From: a bacterium
Lineage (GTDB): Bacteria; Zhuqueibacterota; Zhuqueibacteria; Residuimicrobiales; Krinioviventaceae
Direction of reading: 5' to 3'
Assembly (NCBI GenBank): GCA_963675755.2
Contig: CAXXMD010000003.1
Location: 1,248,001 to 1,312,000 of the forward strand
Length of the DNA stretch: 64,000 nt
The notes under the pieces were generated by a model, which ran no database searches, was not told where the DNA came from, and saw only the letters and a list, made by a program, of their open reading frames with translations. Position numbers and translations under genes: made by a program. How positions within the stretch are numbered: position 1 is the first letter of the stretch; each line of letters starts with the position of its first letter. This document shows, one piece after another, positions 9,746 through 19,794 of the stretch.

Positions 9746-10363
9746 TTAGTTACCTTTTTCTTCAAGGGCAATCAAGGTGTCAACAAGTTCATTTGAGCTT
9801 TCTTCCATATCAATGATCAACTTGTCAATTCTTGAAACAAAATAGTTGTGAAGAATTTGAATAGTAACAGCTACAACCAAACCAAAAAGGGTTGTTAACA
9901 ACGCAACACCAATACCACCAGCAACGATAGTGGGTGAAATATCATTTGCAGCAGCAATATCTTCAAATGCTTTAATCATACCTTGTACTGTACCGGTAAA
10001 ACCCAACATCGGAGCAACACTAATAACAGTTGCCAACCATACCAAACCTTTTTCCAAAAATGCCATTTCAATGGATCCGGCGTTAGAAATTGCTTTTTCT
10101 ACATGTTCCAGACCACGACTTGAACGCATCAAACCAGCATGGAAAATAGATGCTACAGGACCACGTGTATTCTCACAAACTTCGATTGCGCCCTGAACGC
10201 CACCTTCACTCAAAGCTTCTTTAATTTTTGTAATAAATTTTCTTGTGTTAACACTTGCGCGTGTCAAGGTCCACAGTCTTTCCAAACTGATTGCTACACC
10301 AAAAACGAAAAGACCTAAAATGGGCCACATAAAGGCACCGCCATCATTAAACATTTCTACCAT
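9746..10363 (-). CDS. exbB: MotA/TolQ/ExbB proton channel protein
   Basis: APMLGFTGTVQGMI..F and GI..ALLTT.FGL.VA motifs. Confidence 0.92.
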   Translation of the reverse strand: MVEMFNDGGAFMWPILGLFVFGVAISLERLWTLTRASVNTRKFITKIKEALSEGGVQGAIEVCENTRGPVASIFHAGLMRSSRGLEHVEKAISNAGSIEMAFLEKGLVWLATVISVAPMLGFTGTVQGMIKAFEDIAAANDISPTIVAGGIGVALLTTLFGLVVAVTIQILHNYFVSRIDKLIIDMEESSNELVDTLIALEEKGN

Positions 10364-10424
10364 TATTCAGACTCCTCCAAACAATTTTAATTAATGTGAA
10401 TTATTTCCAATAAACTCATTTTTT

Positions 10425-10453
10425 AACTTAGCATATTTTGCTTTAAAAGTCAA
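10425..10453 (-). promoter_or_regulatory. Putative sigma70 promoter TTGACT-N17-TAAGTT (with TGn extension) for the exbB operon
   Basis: Exact 17-bp spacing, about 60 bp upstream of exbB. Confidence 0.6.
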
Positions 10454-10479
10454 TATATTTTTTGAACCGGTTTGATAGC

Positions 10480-12081
10480 TCAGAGCTTTTCAACCCAATT
10501 ATTCAACATTGCTATTTCTGTTGCCTTTGGGAAAAGCCCTACTGTTTGCGAAACCTCATTATCTGACTTTATTCTGATTCTATAAAAGTGTTCACTGTCC
10601 CAAAGATTCCTTGCAACTTCTGCTTTCATGAAATTTTTAATATAATCCAAATCCTTTTCCCAGGCTTTTTCATTATACTCTATTTCATGCTTTTCCATTA
10701 TTTTTTTCAAATCAGCCAGCATGTCGTCGTTTACAACAAAGTCCTGACGATATTTCTCAAATTCATTTTTCCAGCTTTTAAAATCCTGGCCATGTGAAGA
10801 TCCGTATTCAAAAAAGACTCGCTTACTTCTCAGTTGAAAAGTAAAACGGGTGATTTTATCAGAATCCAGATGTTCATCAGGTGTAATACCACCACCACCA
10901 TAAACAACACGACCGGACAAGGTCTTGAATTGCTTGGTAGAATCAATTTTGCTGGCACTGCTTGAATCATCATAAGCATCCGCATAATAATCCATCACGC
11001 CATCATCATATGGACGCTGAATCAATCTTCCACTGGGTGTATAATAACGCGCTACAGTTAAGCGTAATGCCGATCCATCCCGTAAAGGAATCTGGTTTTG
11101 CACAAGGCCTTTACCAAAGCTGGTTTCACCGACCACTAAACCACGATCAAGATCCTGAATAGCGCCTGCCACAATTTCAGATGCGCTTGCGGAGCCATGA
11201 TCAATCATCACAATCAGTGGATACAAACGGTGTGTGCCTTCATCGGTTGAATAAAAATCTGAACCGGTGTTTTTCAAACGACCGCGAGTATAAACAATCT
11301 TTTGACCACCGGGAACAAATTTATCAGCAACTTCAAAAGCCTGATCCAGAAAACCACCTGAATTTCCACGAAGGTCTAAAATCAACTGTTTCATACCCTG
11401 TTTTTCAAGCTTGTTCATTGCATCTTCAAGTTCCTGCGATGTGGTTTTCGCAAAACGTCCCAAATAAATGTATCCGGTCTCGTTGTCTTCAAGCATAAAC
11501 GATGCGGTTACACTGTATATTGGAATTTTGTCACGAATGATTGTAACATCAAAATTTTCAGATTGGCCAGGTCGGCGGATTGTTACATTTACTTTGCTGC
11601 CCTTGGGTCCACGCAACTTTTTCTGAACTTCATCTTCGGTAATGCCATAAGCGGATTTATCTTCAATCTTGATGATCTGATCACCAGGCAAAATACCCAC
11701 TTCTTCAGAGGGACCGCCAACAATAGGCGCGACTACTGTCAATATCTTGTTTAAAATTACAAATTCAATACCTATTCCCTCAAAAGCGCCTTCAAATTGT
11801 TCATTAACCCGTTCAAGACGTTTTTTGGGAATATATACAGAATGAGGATCCAATTCACTCAACATGCCTTCAATAGCACCGGTAATAATCTCCTCATTAT
11901 CTGGCTTTTCAACATAAAATTGATTTATATATGCAAAAACCTCATTAAACCGGACTAGCTGATCGCGTATGCCATCAGACGGATACACATCACGATTTCC
12001 AAACTGATTCAATACAACAATTGCCAAAGCTATTGCCAGAATAGTCCAGAGTGATCGTTTCATATTTTTCCCTTTTGCCAT
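10480..12081 (-). CDS. S41A C-terminal processing protease (CtpA/Prc family)
   Basis: LDPHS, PDZ FEGIGI, DLRGNSGG, SASASEIVAGAIQD, GETSFGKG motifs. Confidence 0.93.
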   Translation of the reverse strand: MAKGKNMKRSLWTILAIALAIVVLNQFGNRDVYPSDGIRDQLVRFNEVFAYINQFYVEKPDNEEIITGAIEGMLSELDPHSVYIPKKRLERVNEQFEGAFEGIGIEFVILNKILTVVAPIVGGPSEEVGILPGDQIIKIEDKSAYGITEDEVQKKLRGPKGSKVNVTIRRPGQSENFDVTIIRDKIPIYSVTASFMLEDNETGYIYLGRFAKTTSQELEDAMNKLEKQGMKQLILDLRGNSGGFLDQAFEVADKFVPGGQKIVYTRGRLKNTGSDFYSTDEGTHRLYPLIVMIDHGSASASEIVAGAIQDLDRGLVVGETSFGKGLVQNQIPLRDGSALRLTVARYYTPSGRLIQRPYDDGVMDYYADAYDDSSSASKIDSTKQFKTLSGRVVYGGGGITPDEHLDSDKITRFTFQLRSKRVFFEYGSSHGQDFKSWKNEFEKYRQDFVVNDDMLADLKKIMEKHEIEYNEKAWEKDLDYIKNFMKAEVARNLWDSEHFYRIRIKSDNEVSQTVGLFPKATEIAMLNNWVEKL

Positions 12082-12117
12082 ATTATCGTCCTTTATTAAA
12101 CAAACCTCTTTGTCACA

Positions 12118-14271
12118 TTAAAGACTAGTAATAGTCTCTTTTATATTTACTTTCCATTGCTCGCCGGGTTCCAGATTAATTTTCCAATTTGGCAATATTA
12201 CCGAAGCCTGATACACCCTTTCAAAACCGGCTTCAGACATGGAAATAGTTTCTATAGGCAATCTCCAAAAATCCGCTTTCTTACTTACCTCAAAAGATGC
12301 CCTGACTTTTAACCATTCATCATAAAGAGAAATCTCTTTGATATCCTCTATAATGCCCTTGCTTGCCAACGTTGTATCATCAAGATCAACACCAGGTACT
12401 TTATAATAGCGATCCGGCGCATTTCCGGCCATTAATGCTGTTGCAAATTCAACACCGAACCATAGTGAAATCGCCTTATCACTGGTATTTTTTAGAGTAT
12501 AAGCCATATCTACCAGATCGCTCTTTGCTTTAACCGTTACCACTTTTTTAACCTGCAACGGCAAAAAGTCCCATCCTATCCATACGTTTCCGTCACGTAT
12601 AAACGTGATTTTCGCGCTATCTTTTTGCTTTGAGACTTTGACTTCATAGGGTTGATTTACAAAATCACCCTGTTCTCCGTACTGGGCTTTATTAAAACTA
12701 TCAAGCGATACCTGAGGATGTAGAAAATGGTCCATCATGGAAACTCGTCTATACCAATCATAATTCAGGTATTGATCAAGCCCTTCTTCCTTGGTCATGA
12801 CAATATCATGTATAGATGCTACGCTATCATCATCATGAGCGTTTTGATTGTTCTCCAGTTCATATAATTTTTTATGATAGGCTTCCTCACGTCGTGTCAT
12901 CGTATCGAGGAGGTTGAGGGCCTTGGGTTTAAAATCCAATTCTGTAAGGCTGGCACCGTTTTCAGGGGAAAAATTCAGAAAAAGACGATCGGTTTCTACC
13001 AGGCATTCATCAAATCCATCCGCATCAAAATCCTGCATTTTTACATCTACCCAGCCGGTTTTGAGCTCATCCTTGTGTTCAATTTTATCCATTTCCACAT
13101 CAGCCTGAACCAGATTGTTGTAAATAGCATAACGCAAATGTGGTAAATAGAGTCCGCCAAACACACCATGCCAATAGGGACAATTACACTGACCTGCGTA
13201 AACATGATCTCGGGCCTTTTCAATGGATTTCTCTGCTTTTAGACGATCAAAACGGTTGCTTGTAAACAGCATTCGCTTTTGCAGATTGTTAGATTCGGGG
13301 TACTTGGCAAGGAAATTACGCCAGAAACCGCCTTTAACAAAGTTCATATCTTCTTTAGAAACGGACTGGGATTCCAGCCATTCATGGAAATGCTCATATT
13401 TTGTAATAGCCTGTGTGGGCATTGCCCATTCCATCATTTCACGATATGATGCTGTAGGCAAATATACACGGCCCAATGGTTTCAACTGTTCAAGGGCTTC
13501 AGAAAATGTAATAATATTTAACCAATCCTGATTTTCTTCCAAAAGGGTAAAAAACCGGTCCAGCCAGCCATTAACATAACACTGTTCATATGTACCCGGC
13601 CAAACACCAAACTTTTCACCATCATCAGCAAATACAACCAGACGCTCACCATCTTCTGTAGCAAGTGATTTAAACACTTCAATAGTTTTTTCGGGCGGCT
13701 GAAATGGCATGGTATAACGGAGCTTTTCACAAATGGGGAATATTTTTAATGCCTGTCCCTGATGTTCTGTCACATAATAACCCAACAACTGGTCATCCTG
13801 TAAACCTACAGATTTAAAATGAGAATCATCTGCCAGGGTATATTGAATACCTGCCTGAGACAACGACGCAGGTAAATAAGGTTCCCAAACCCGCTCGGTC
13901 AACCAGATGCCCTTTGCGTCATAACCGGTTTCTTTTTTAACATATTTTGTCAATTTGTCAATTTGACCAACTATATCCCGTTCCGGAATACTGGTTAAAA
14001 TGGGTTCATAATACCCACCGGACATCATTTCAATCTGACCGGATTTAACACCCTTTTTCAGTTTTTCAATCAATTCCGGGTGATGTTGTTTCAGCCATTC
14101 AAGCAATATACCGCTATAGTGTTTAGTCATTCGTATACTGGGGTGCTTTTCCAACACATCATAAAAAGGTCTATATGATTGATCATATGCCTGTTCGAAA
14201 ACAAAATCAAAATTACCAATAGGTTGGTGATTATGGATCCCAAAAGCGACATTTAATTTTTTCATCGACAT
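12118..14271 (-). CDS. GH57 alpha-amylase / 4-alpha-glucanotransferase
   Basis: HNHQP, WLTERVW (nucleophile Glu), ADDGEKFG (acid/base Asp), QCNCPYWHG motifs. Start moved to MSMKK, which follows AAAGGA. Confidence 0.9.
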   Translation of the reverse strand: MSMKKLNVAFGIHNHQPIGNFDFVFEQAYDQSYRPFYDVLEKHPSIRMTKHYSGILLEWLKQHHPELIEKLKKGVKSGQIEMMSGGYYEPILTSIPERDIVGQIDKLTKYVKKETGYDAKGIWLTERVWEPYLPASLSQAGIQYTLADDSHFKSVGLQDDQLLGYYVTEHQGQALKIFPICEKLRYTMPFQPPEKTIEVFKSLATEDGERLVVFADDGEKFGVWPGTYEQCYVNGWLDRFFTLLEENQDWLNIITFSEALEQLKPLGRVYLPTASYREMMEWAMPTQAITKYEHFHEWLESQSVSKEDMNFVKGGFWRNFLAKYPESNNLQKRMLFTSNRFDRLKAEKSIEKARDHVYAGQCNCPYWHGVFGGLYLPHLRYAIYNNLVQADVEMDKIEHKDELKTGWVDVKMQDFDADGFDECLVETDRLFLNFSPENGASLTELDFKPKALNLLDTMTRREEAYHKKLYELENNQNAHDDDSVASIHDIVMTKEEGLDQYLNYDWYRRVSMMDHFLHPQVSLDSFNKAQYGEQGDFVNQPYEVKVSKQKDSAKITFIRDGNVWIGWDFLPLQVKKVVTVKAKSDLVDMAYTLKNTSDKAISLWFGVEFATALMAGNAPDRYYKVPGVDLDDTTLASKGIIEDIKEISLYDEWLKVRASFEVSKKADFWRLPIETISMSEAGFERVYQASVILPNWKINLEPGEQWKVNIKETITSL

Positions 14272-14340
14272 TCTGCATCCTTTATAATAATAGCATTCTT
14301 CCCTATATTTTAGGGCCAAGATTAACTTAATCTTAAATGT

Positions 14341-14380
14341 AAAAAAAAATTTCCCCTAATGCCACTGAATTTAGGGGAAA
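14341..14380 (-). terminator. Intrinsic terminator after the PorV-like genes
   Basis: TTCCCCTAA/TTAGGGGAA stem followed by a U-tract. Confidence 0.75.
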
Positions 14381-14413
14381 AAGATTTTTTTGCACAATTT
14401 TTAAAGAATTTTG

Positions 14414-15313
14414 TTAAAAACGGGCTGCAAGTGAGAACCGTTGAGCATTTCCGAGGTCGTTTTCATAAGGGACATAAGCATAATCGATAACAATAAAACC
14501 AAAATCCAATCCAAACCCTGCGGAAATAGATTTTTCTTCATATCCGGTTTGAAAACCGGTACGTAAAGTAATAACAGATAAAGGGTTGTACTCTAAACCT
14601 GCGTGAATGTGGCTGTCCTGATCAAAATATTGAACATAATCCAAAGCAGCAATCAAAGACTGAGAGCCGGGAAACATGGGCAAATGATAAGCAAAACCTG
14701 CCCGTAGGACCTTTGGCAATTCTACAGATTCAATAACCATCTCAGACATGGAACCCAGATTCTGCAAAGCTGCTGCTGCAAACAATTTGTCTGAAATCAA
14801 ACTGTATCTGGCACCCAGATCAAAAGCAAAACCACTGGAAGATTCCGTATAAATTTTTTCATATAAAAAGGCGGTACGAACACCCAATGACAGCTTGCTG
14901 CCAATCATCCTGGCATAGCTGAGAGAAAAGGAAACATCCTGGGTTGAAAATGTTCCCAAGGGCTCTTCAGAAGCAATGATACGGCGCTCAAAATCATCAA
15001 CGCTGTTGAGCATAATTCCCAAACCAATGACACCCTTTGAGGAAGGAAAAACAATGCCAGCCGAGTTGTGAGATATATCCTGCAGCCATTGATTATAAGT
15101 AAAACTTGCCTGACGTTTGTTCACCCAGGCAGTACCCGCGGGATTCCAAAACAATCCGGAAGCATCATCTGCCGTTGCAGTAAATGCTTCACCCATACCA
15201 CTTGCGCGAGCACTGACTCCAATTTTTAAAGCAGCCAATCCGGCTTCTCCGGCAGCAAACATTACAGCCGGAAGCAATATTACAAAAAGTAAAACTATCC
15301 TTTTCATTACCAT
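14414..15313 (-). CDS. PorV/PorQ-family (UPF0164-like) outer-membrane beta-barrel
   Basis: LKIGVSARASGMGEAFTA..DD.SGLFWNPAG motif; C-terminal aromatic residue. Start approximate. Confidence 0.8.
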   Translation of the reverse strand: MVMKRIVLLFVILLPAVMFAAGEAGLAALKIGVSARASGMGEAFTATADDASGLFWNPAGTAWVNKRQASFTYNQWLQDISHNSAGIVFPSSKGVIGLGIMLNSVDDFERRIIASEEPLGTFSTQDVSFSLSYARMIGSKLSLGVRTAFLYEKIYTESSSGFAFDLGARYSLISDKLFAAAALQNLGSMSEMVIESVELPKVLRAGFAYHLPMFPGSQSLIAALDYVQYFDQDSHIHAGLEYNPLSVITLRTGFQTGYEEKSISAGFGLDFGFIVIDYAYVPYENDLGNAQRFSLAARF

Positions 15314-15323
15314 CATCCACATT

Positions 15324-16316
15324 TTATAGATTGAATGACCATGTAAATATATGGTCCGTACCAATATCATAATCGTTTGATGCAAAAGCGTAATCGATCA
15401 TGGTTGTCTTATTAAACACCTGAAATACAAGTCCCATTCCAAAGGTCGGCATTCCATCGTCCATACCAACTCGCAGCGCCCCCAAACCGGCCCGCATCAA
15501 CTCGGCACCGAAATGGTAGCGGGGATTCTGTTCTTCACTGTCTTCCACTTCGGCAGTGACCATCAACCACTCCTGGGGAATACGATAAGCTACCGCAGCC
15601 CGGGTTACCTTTGGAAATACATTTGTGATACTTGTTCCGCGATCAAAAACATTATCCGTGTTCCAGGTATATTTACTCATATTGTCACGCAGTACCAATC
15701 CAAACGTCAAATTATGGATTGGTGAAAAATATGCTCCAACATCCATACCAAAACCAGTAGAAGTCAGGGCACCATCATCTATTTCCAATCCCGGCATTCT
15801 ATTATATAATACTTTGCCGCTAATACCTACAGAAAACTTTTTATGAGGACTGACAGCAAATGAAAGATAGAATGCGTGCTCGGCATTTGAATAATCCTGT
15901 GTATGGTTCCCGCTGCCATCCGTTCCATAAATATTATCAACGCCCGCATGTACCCATGCAAAAGATACACCCGCTTTGAGCGGATTCTTTCTTCCGTTGA
16001 TTGAAGGTGGATCCAAAGATTGCGCGTAACCCACATAATCCAGATTTCTGTCAAGAGACAAGAACGCATAAGAGGCTATCAGCTGTCTCTCTTTTAAATG
16101 CGGCAGCAAAGCAGGATTATAGAATCCGGCAATTGCACCTTCGGGAACCGCTGAATACGCATCACCCAGGGCTTTGGCGCGCGCGCCCATGCCCATTCGC
16201 AAAAAGGCACCAGCGTAACCACCGTCACCATTTTCAGCTAAAACAGTGCCTGACAAAAGTAATAAAATCAGGAACAATCCTAATGTATGCTTCATATTAA
16301 ACTCTTTTAATTTCAT
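15324..16316 (-). CDS. PorV/PorQ-family outer-membrane beta-barrel
   Basis: AFLRMGMGARAKALGDA...FYNPA motif; ATG overlaps the upstream TGA (TGATG). Confidence 0.8.
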   Translation of the reverse strand: MKLKEFNMKHTLGLFLILLLLSGTVLAENGDGGYAGAFLRMGMGARAKALGDAYSAVPEGAIAGFYNPALLPHLKERQLIASYAFLSLDRNLDYVGYAQSLDPPSINGRKNPLKAGVSFAWVHAGVDNIYGTDGSGNHTQDYSNAEHAFYLSFAVSPHKKFSVGISGKVLYNRMPGLEIDDGALTSTGFGMDVGAYFSPIHNLTFGLVLRDNMSKYTWNTDNVFDRGTSITNVFPKVTRAAVAYRIPQEWLMVTAEVEDSEEQNPRYHFGAELMRAGLGALRVGMDDGMPTFGMGLVFQVFNKTTMIDYAFASNDYDIGTDHIFTWSFNL

Positions 16317-17752
16317 CAGTTGACCACCATTATCTTTCCCCAAAAAGTGCCATCGTTTTCAATTTCAACGCTGTAAAAATAGACACCATTGGCAACAGGA
16401 TCACCATAATCATTTCGCCCTGTCCACATTTCACTATAGTCACCTTTATCCGCCACATATTTATTTTCAACAACTGTGGTTACCAGATCCATTGCAAAAT
16501 CAAAAATTCGGATAGTAACATTGCCAGCGGAGGTTGTATTATACTGTAAACGAACATGACCATCATTATCTAGCAAATTGTATCGTGTAGGAGAAAAGGG
16601 ATTGGGGTACGCATAAGTCCGTGGCACATCGCCTTTTCCTGAAGGAACATACGCCCGGTTGACATCCCAGGTATAGCCATTATCACTGGTACGGGCCAGG
16701 CCATCCGAAGTACCTACCCACAAAACACCATTGTCTGCATAGACGGAATAGATTTGCTCTGTAAACACCTTGTCTCCGGTGATGGTATCGGTAATATCCG
16801 GAAATTTATACCAGGTATCACCAAAGTCAGTTGACTTGTATAGTCCTTCACGGGTAGACACATAAACCGTTTCACCATCAAACGCAAAGTTGGTTGCCCA
16901 AATATCGAGCAGAGTGGTTTTCCATGTCAGACCGCCGTTTTCAGAAACAGATACGCCATATCTTTCATCCGAGCCTTCGGCTTTATTTGAACAAACCCAA
17001 ATGAGCTCCTTGCCATCTACTTTTTGCTGTGCAAGTGCAATGACCCAGTTGCCTGATATAGGCTGGTCCTGATTGGTTGCGTTATAGTTAACCCAATGAT
17101 CGCCACCATCAGTAGACTTGTTAACACCTTCGGCAGTACCAACCCACAACACACCATCGGCATTCAGCACAGAAAAAACCCGATGGTTTAAACGACCGCC
17201 CGGATTAAACACAAAAGAATCCGGAGTGGTAATCTCCCAGGATTCTCCAAAATTAGAACCCTTAACCAGACCACCGCCAAAACTTGCCAAAAAGATATTT
17301 CCATTATGCACGGCAATGTCATAACTCAAATTGTTTACCGGTGTATAATCCTCGGGAGGCTGCGGTAAGAGTTCCCAACTGTCTCCACCATCAACAGAGA
17401 TTGAAACACCTGTTCCATAATCTTCATAGCTATCCAGACTTTCGATCAATGTATCCCCTGCCGTGGCAACGATGATGGTATCACCACTCACCCACAATGC
17501 GGACACACTGTAACGTCCAATGCCCTGCGCGGGTCCAAAAGATTCAAACGTCTCACCATTATCTGTGGTTCGGCTCAAACCATAACCGGTACCCAACCAC
17601 AACGCATCAGATCCCGGCGCAATATCGGTAATGCCGTTACCTGCAAGGCCCTGGTCTGGTTCAGAATCCATTTTATATGTACCGGTCACTTTGGCAAAAG
17701 TATAACCCGCCAACATCAAAACCAATACAAAAACTATACTCTTTTTTGTCAT
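16316..17752 (-). CDS. Secreted BNR/Asp-box beta-propeller protein with FlgD-like T9SS CTD
   Basis: Repeated SxDxGxTW boxes; C-terminal AYPNPFSP...W.GRNDYGDPVANGVYF. Confidence 0.8.
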   Translation of the reverse strand: MTKKSIVFVLVLMLAGYTFAKVTGTYKMDSEPDQGLAGNGITDIAPGSDALWLGTGYGLSRTTDNGETFESFGPAQGIGRYSVSALWVSGDTIIVATAGDTLIESLDSYEDYGTGVSISVDGGDSWELLPQPPEDYTPVNNLSYDIAVHNGNIFLASFGGGLVKGSNFGESWEITTPDSFVFNPGGRLNHRVFSVLNADGVLWVGTAEGVNKSTDGGDHWVNYNATNQDQPISGNWVIALAQQKVDGKELIWVCSNKAEGSDERYGVSVSENGGLTWKTTLLDIWATNFAFDGETVYVSTREGLYKSTDFGDTWYKFPDITDTITGDKVFTEQIYSVYADNGVLWVGTSDGLARTSDNGYTWDVNRAYVPSGKGDVPRTYAYPNPFSPTRYNLLDNDGHVRLQYNTTSAGNVTIRIFDFAMDLVTTVVENKYVADKGDYSEMWTGRNDYGDPVANGVYFYSVEIENDGTFWGKIMVVN

Positions 17753-17756
17753 ACCC

Positions 17757-18899
17757 TTATTCCGTATCTTTAAGGTTGATAATAAATGCTTTATCACTGC
17801 TTCTGTTACCGGCAAGATCTTCTGCCCAGAAAATCAATATATAATTACCCAGCAAATCATCAGGATCAAATACACCGGTAATAGAATAAACACCGTCATT
17901 CGCGGTCAAATCACCGCGGTATCCCTGGTCCCAATTATCATAACTGTATTCCAAACCGTTATCAAACAATTGATAAGGGCTGCCACCAGGATACGAAGCA
18001 TCCGGTTTCTGCCAGGACACGCGGACCTCTTTAATATCTCCCAACCCCTGTGCATCTGATATCGGCACTTCAATCAGGAAATTGACGATATAATCTAATG
18101 GCGGCCGTTCAATCTGCCGTGGGGCAGAAATCTCGCCCAATTCAGGATAGGTGTTTTCAATATATAAAATCCGGGTTGCCGGATCACTGCTTACATTAGA
18201 CTGGTCCGTTGCACTGAAAACAATATCATAGCTTCCTTTTTTTCCTGCGGCAAAGGAGCTGTCGATGGTTATGACAAATTCTCCGGGGGTACCGGTGGGT
18301 TGCAACTCGCCGTTAAACAATTCGGCATTGTTTTGCATTCCGGTAAACACAACCGACTTTATGTCTTCTGTTCCATTAGAATCACTAACGGTAACGATAA
18401 ATTGCTGTCCCGATTCGCCGGACTTTAAACTGTCAGGAATAGAAATATCTATAATTACGGGTTTAGAGTTTGCCGTTGATTTTACTGAAAAAGCTGCATC
18501 GCTTAAAAGCTGCCCTTCAGTACTCTTGGCAGAAAAGGTAAAGATCAGATCAGAAGCCTCTGTCTGGTCCCAGTTCAACACCTGGCTAAATATACCATCA
18601 TAGGCAACCGCATCACCATCATTGCTGTCAACGGCCCCGCCATCATCATATAAAGACAGACTCTTGATGGGTGAACTGCTGCCTTGTAATGTAATTTCCA
18701 GACTTACGGATTCAACAAGATCAGAGGGTTCCACCCTGACCATTACCGGGTAACTTGAGCTGGGATTGACAATTTCAGGCACACTGAACTTTTCAACCAC
18801 CGGATTGTCACTGCTGTCATTCGGTACCGGAAGGTCCCGTTCCGAACATCCAGCGGCAATCAAAGCTAAAACAAGGAGTACATAAATAAAGCGTTTCAT
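17757..18899 (-). CDS. Lipoprotein with two choice-of-anchor-X-like (LxDDG...GD..A.DG.YS) domains
   Basis: Lipobox IAAGC; motifs LYDDGG..DGDAVAYDGIFS and LFDNG...GDLTANDGVYS. Confidence 0.7.
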   Translation of the reverse strand: MKRFIYVLLVLALIAAGCSERDLPVPNDSSDNPVVEKFSVPEIVNPSSSYPVMVRVEPSDLVESVSLEITLQGSSSPIKSLSLYDDGGAVDSNDGDAVAYDGIFSQVLNWDQTEASDLIFTFSAKSTEGQLLSDAAFSVKSTANSKPVIIDISIPDSLKSGESGQQFIVTVSDSNGTEDIKSVVFTGMQNNAELFNGELQPTGTPGEFVITIDSSFAAGKKGSYDIVFSATDQSNVSSDPATRILYIENTYPELGEISAPRQIERPPLDYIVNFLIEVPISDAQGLGDIKEVRVSWQKPDASYPGGSPYQLFDNGLEYSYDNWDQGYRGDLTANDGVYSITGVFDPDDLLGNYILIFWAEDLAGNRSSDKAFIINLKDTE

Positions 18900-18914
18900 A
18901 TTATTTTCCCGCAT

Positions 18915-19078
18915 AAAAAAAACCGGGCCTGACAAAACATGGGGGCTCGGTTTATATGAGTTCATGTTGCCAGACAATTTGTCACTGCACAATTCAATGA
19001 GTTAAATAAATTTTCACCTATTTATCAAAAAAACAACAGTAACAAATATTTCTCTGGCAATCTCCTTTTTCTATATAA
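18915..19078 (-). ncRNA. Candidate structured leader RNA / attenuator or sRNA (unclassified)
   Basis: Long stem 19036-19060/18967-18988 with G-U pairs on the minus strand; GAAA-capped hairpin 19003-19024; terminator-like hairpin plus U8 at 18915-18953; promoter-like TTGATT-N17-TATTTT at 19085-19113. Confidence 0.4.
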
Positions 19079-19141
19079 TTAGAAAAAATACGCATATTGG
19101 TCCCAATAATCAAGCACTTTTTCTTCATATTGTGAGTTCAA

Positions 19142-19789
19142 TCATCCCCGTGTAGTCAGCCTGATTATGTGTTCATACAACAAACCATGGTTCCTGAATG
19201 TAACGTCAGCTTTTGACAATAGTTCCCCTGAAAGCGTGGTTTCAAGGGCGTAACACACTGTTCCCGCAGCTTTGGCAGCATCAATACCCAGGGGTGCATT
19301 TTCTACAACAATGCATTCTTTGGGTGTCAGTTTTAATCTTTTAATAGCGGCCAAATACGGATCAGGATGGGGTTTACCGCGATCGGTATCCTTGTCTGTT
19401 ATAATCACAGAAAACTGATCCAATAGCGATTCGTCCAATATAGCTTTTACATTGCCAATATGCGTACCGGTAACCAGTCCCGCTTGCATACCAGCATCTT
19501 TAGCCGCAGCCAGGATCTGAGGAATCTCGGGATAAACTTTGATGCCTTCCCGTGCAGAAAAAATCTTGTTTTTCTCTGCAATCCAGTAACGACCCATTTC
19601 CTCCGAGATGGTTTGCCCCGCCTGTTCAAACAATGCGCAGGCAATCTGCCATCCGGGTCGCCCCTCATTCATACGTATAGTCAATCCATCCGGCTCAAAG
19701 GAAAGGATCTGTTTCCAGGCATCCAAATGGTGTTCAAATGTATTGGCAACAACCCCGTCAAAATCAAACAAAAGTACCTTGTGTTCCAT
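19142..19789 (-). CDS. HAD-family phosphatase (beta-phosphoglucomutase-like)
   Basis: FDFDGV motif I, KPHPDPY, VENAPLG. Confidence 0.88.
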   Translation of the reverse strand: MEHKVLLFDFDGVVANTFEHHLDAWKQILSFEPDGLTIRMNEGRPGWQIACALFEQAGQTISEEMGRYWIAEKNKIFSAREGIKVYPEIPQILAAAKDAGMQAGLVTGTHIGNVKAILDESLLDQFSVIITDKDTDRGKPHPDPYLAAIKRLKLTPKECIVVENAPLGIDAAKAAGTVCYALETTLSGELLSKADVTFRNHGLLYEHIIRLTTRG

Positions 19790-19794
19790 AGAGA

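Noticed and set aside
18915-19078. 6S RNA, SRP RNA or lysine riboswitch
   Set aside because: Closing stem too short for 6S; no SRP domain IV motif; no L-box conserved motifs. Kept as unclassified.
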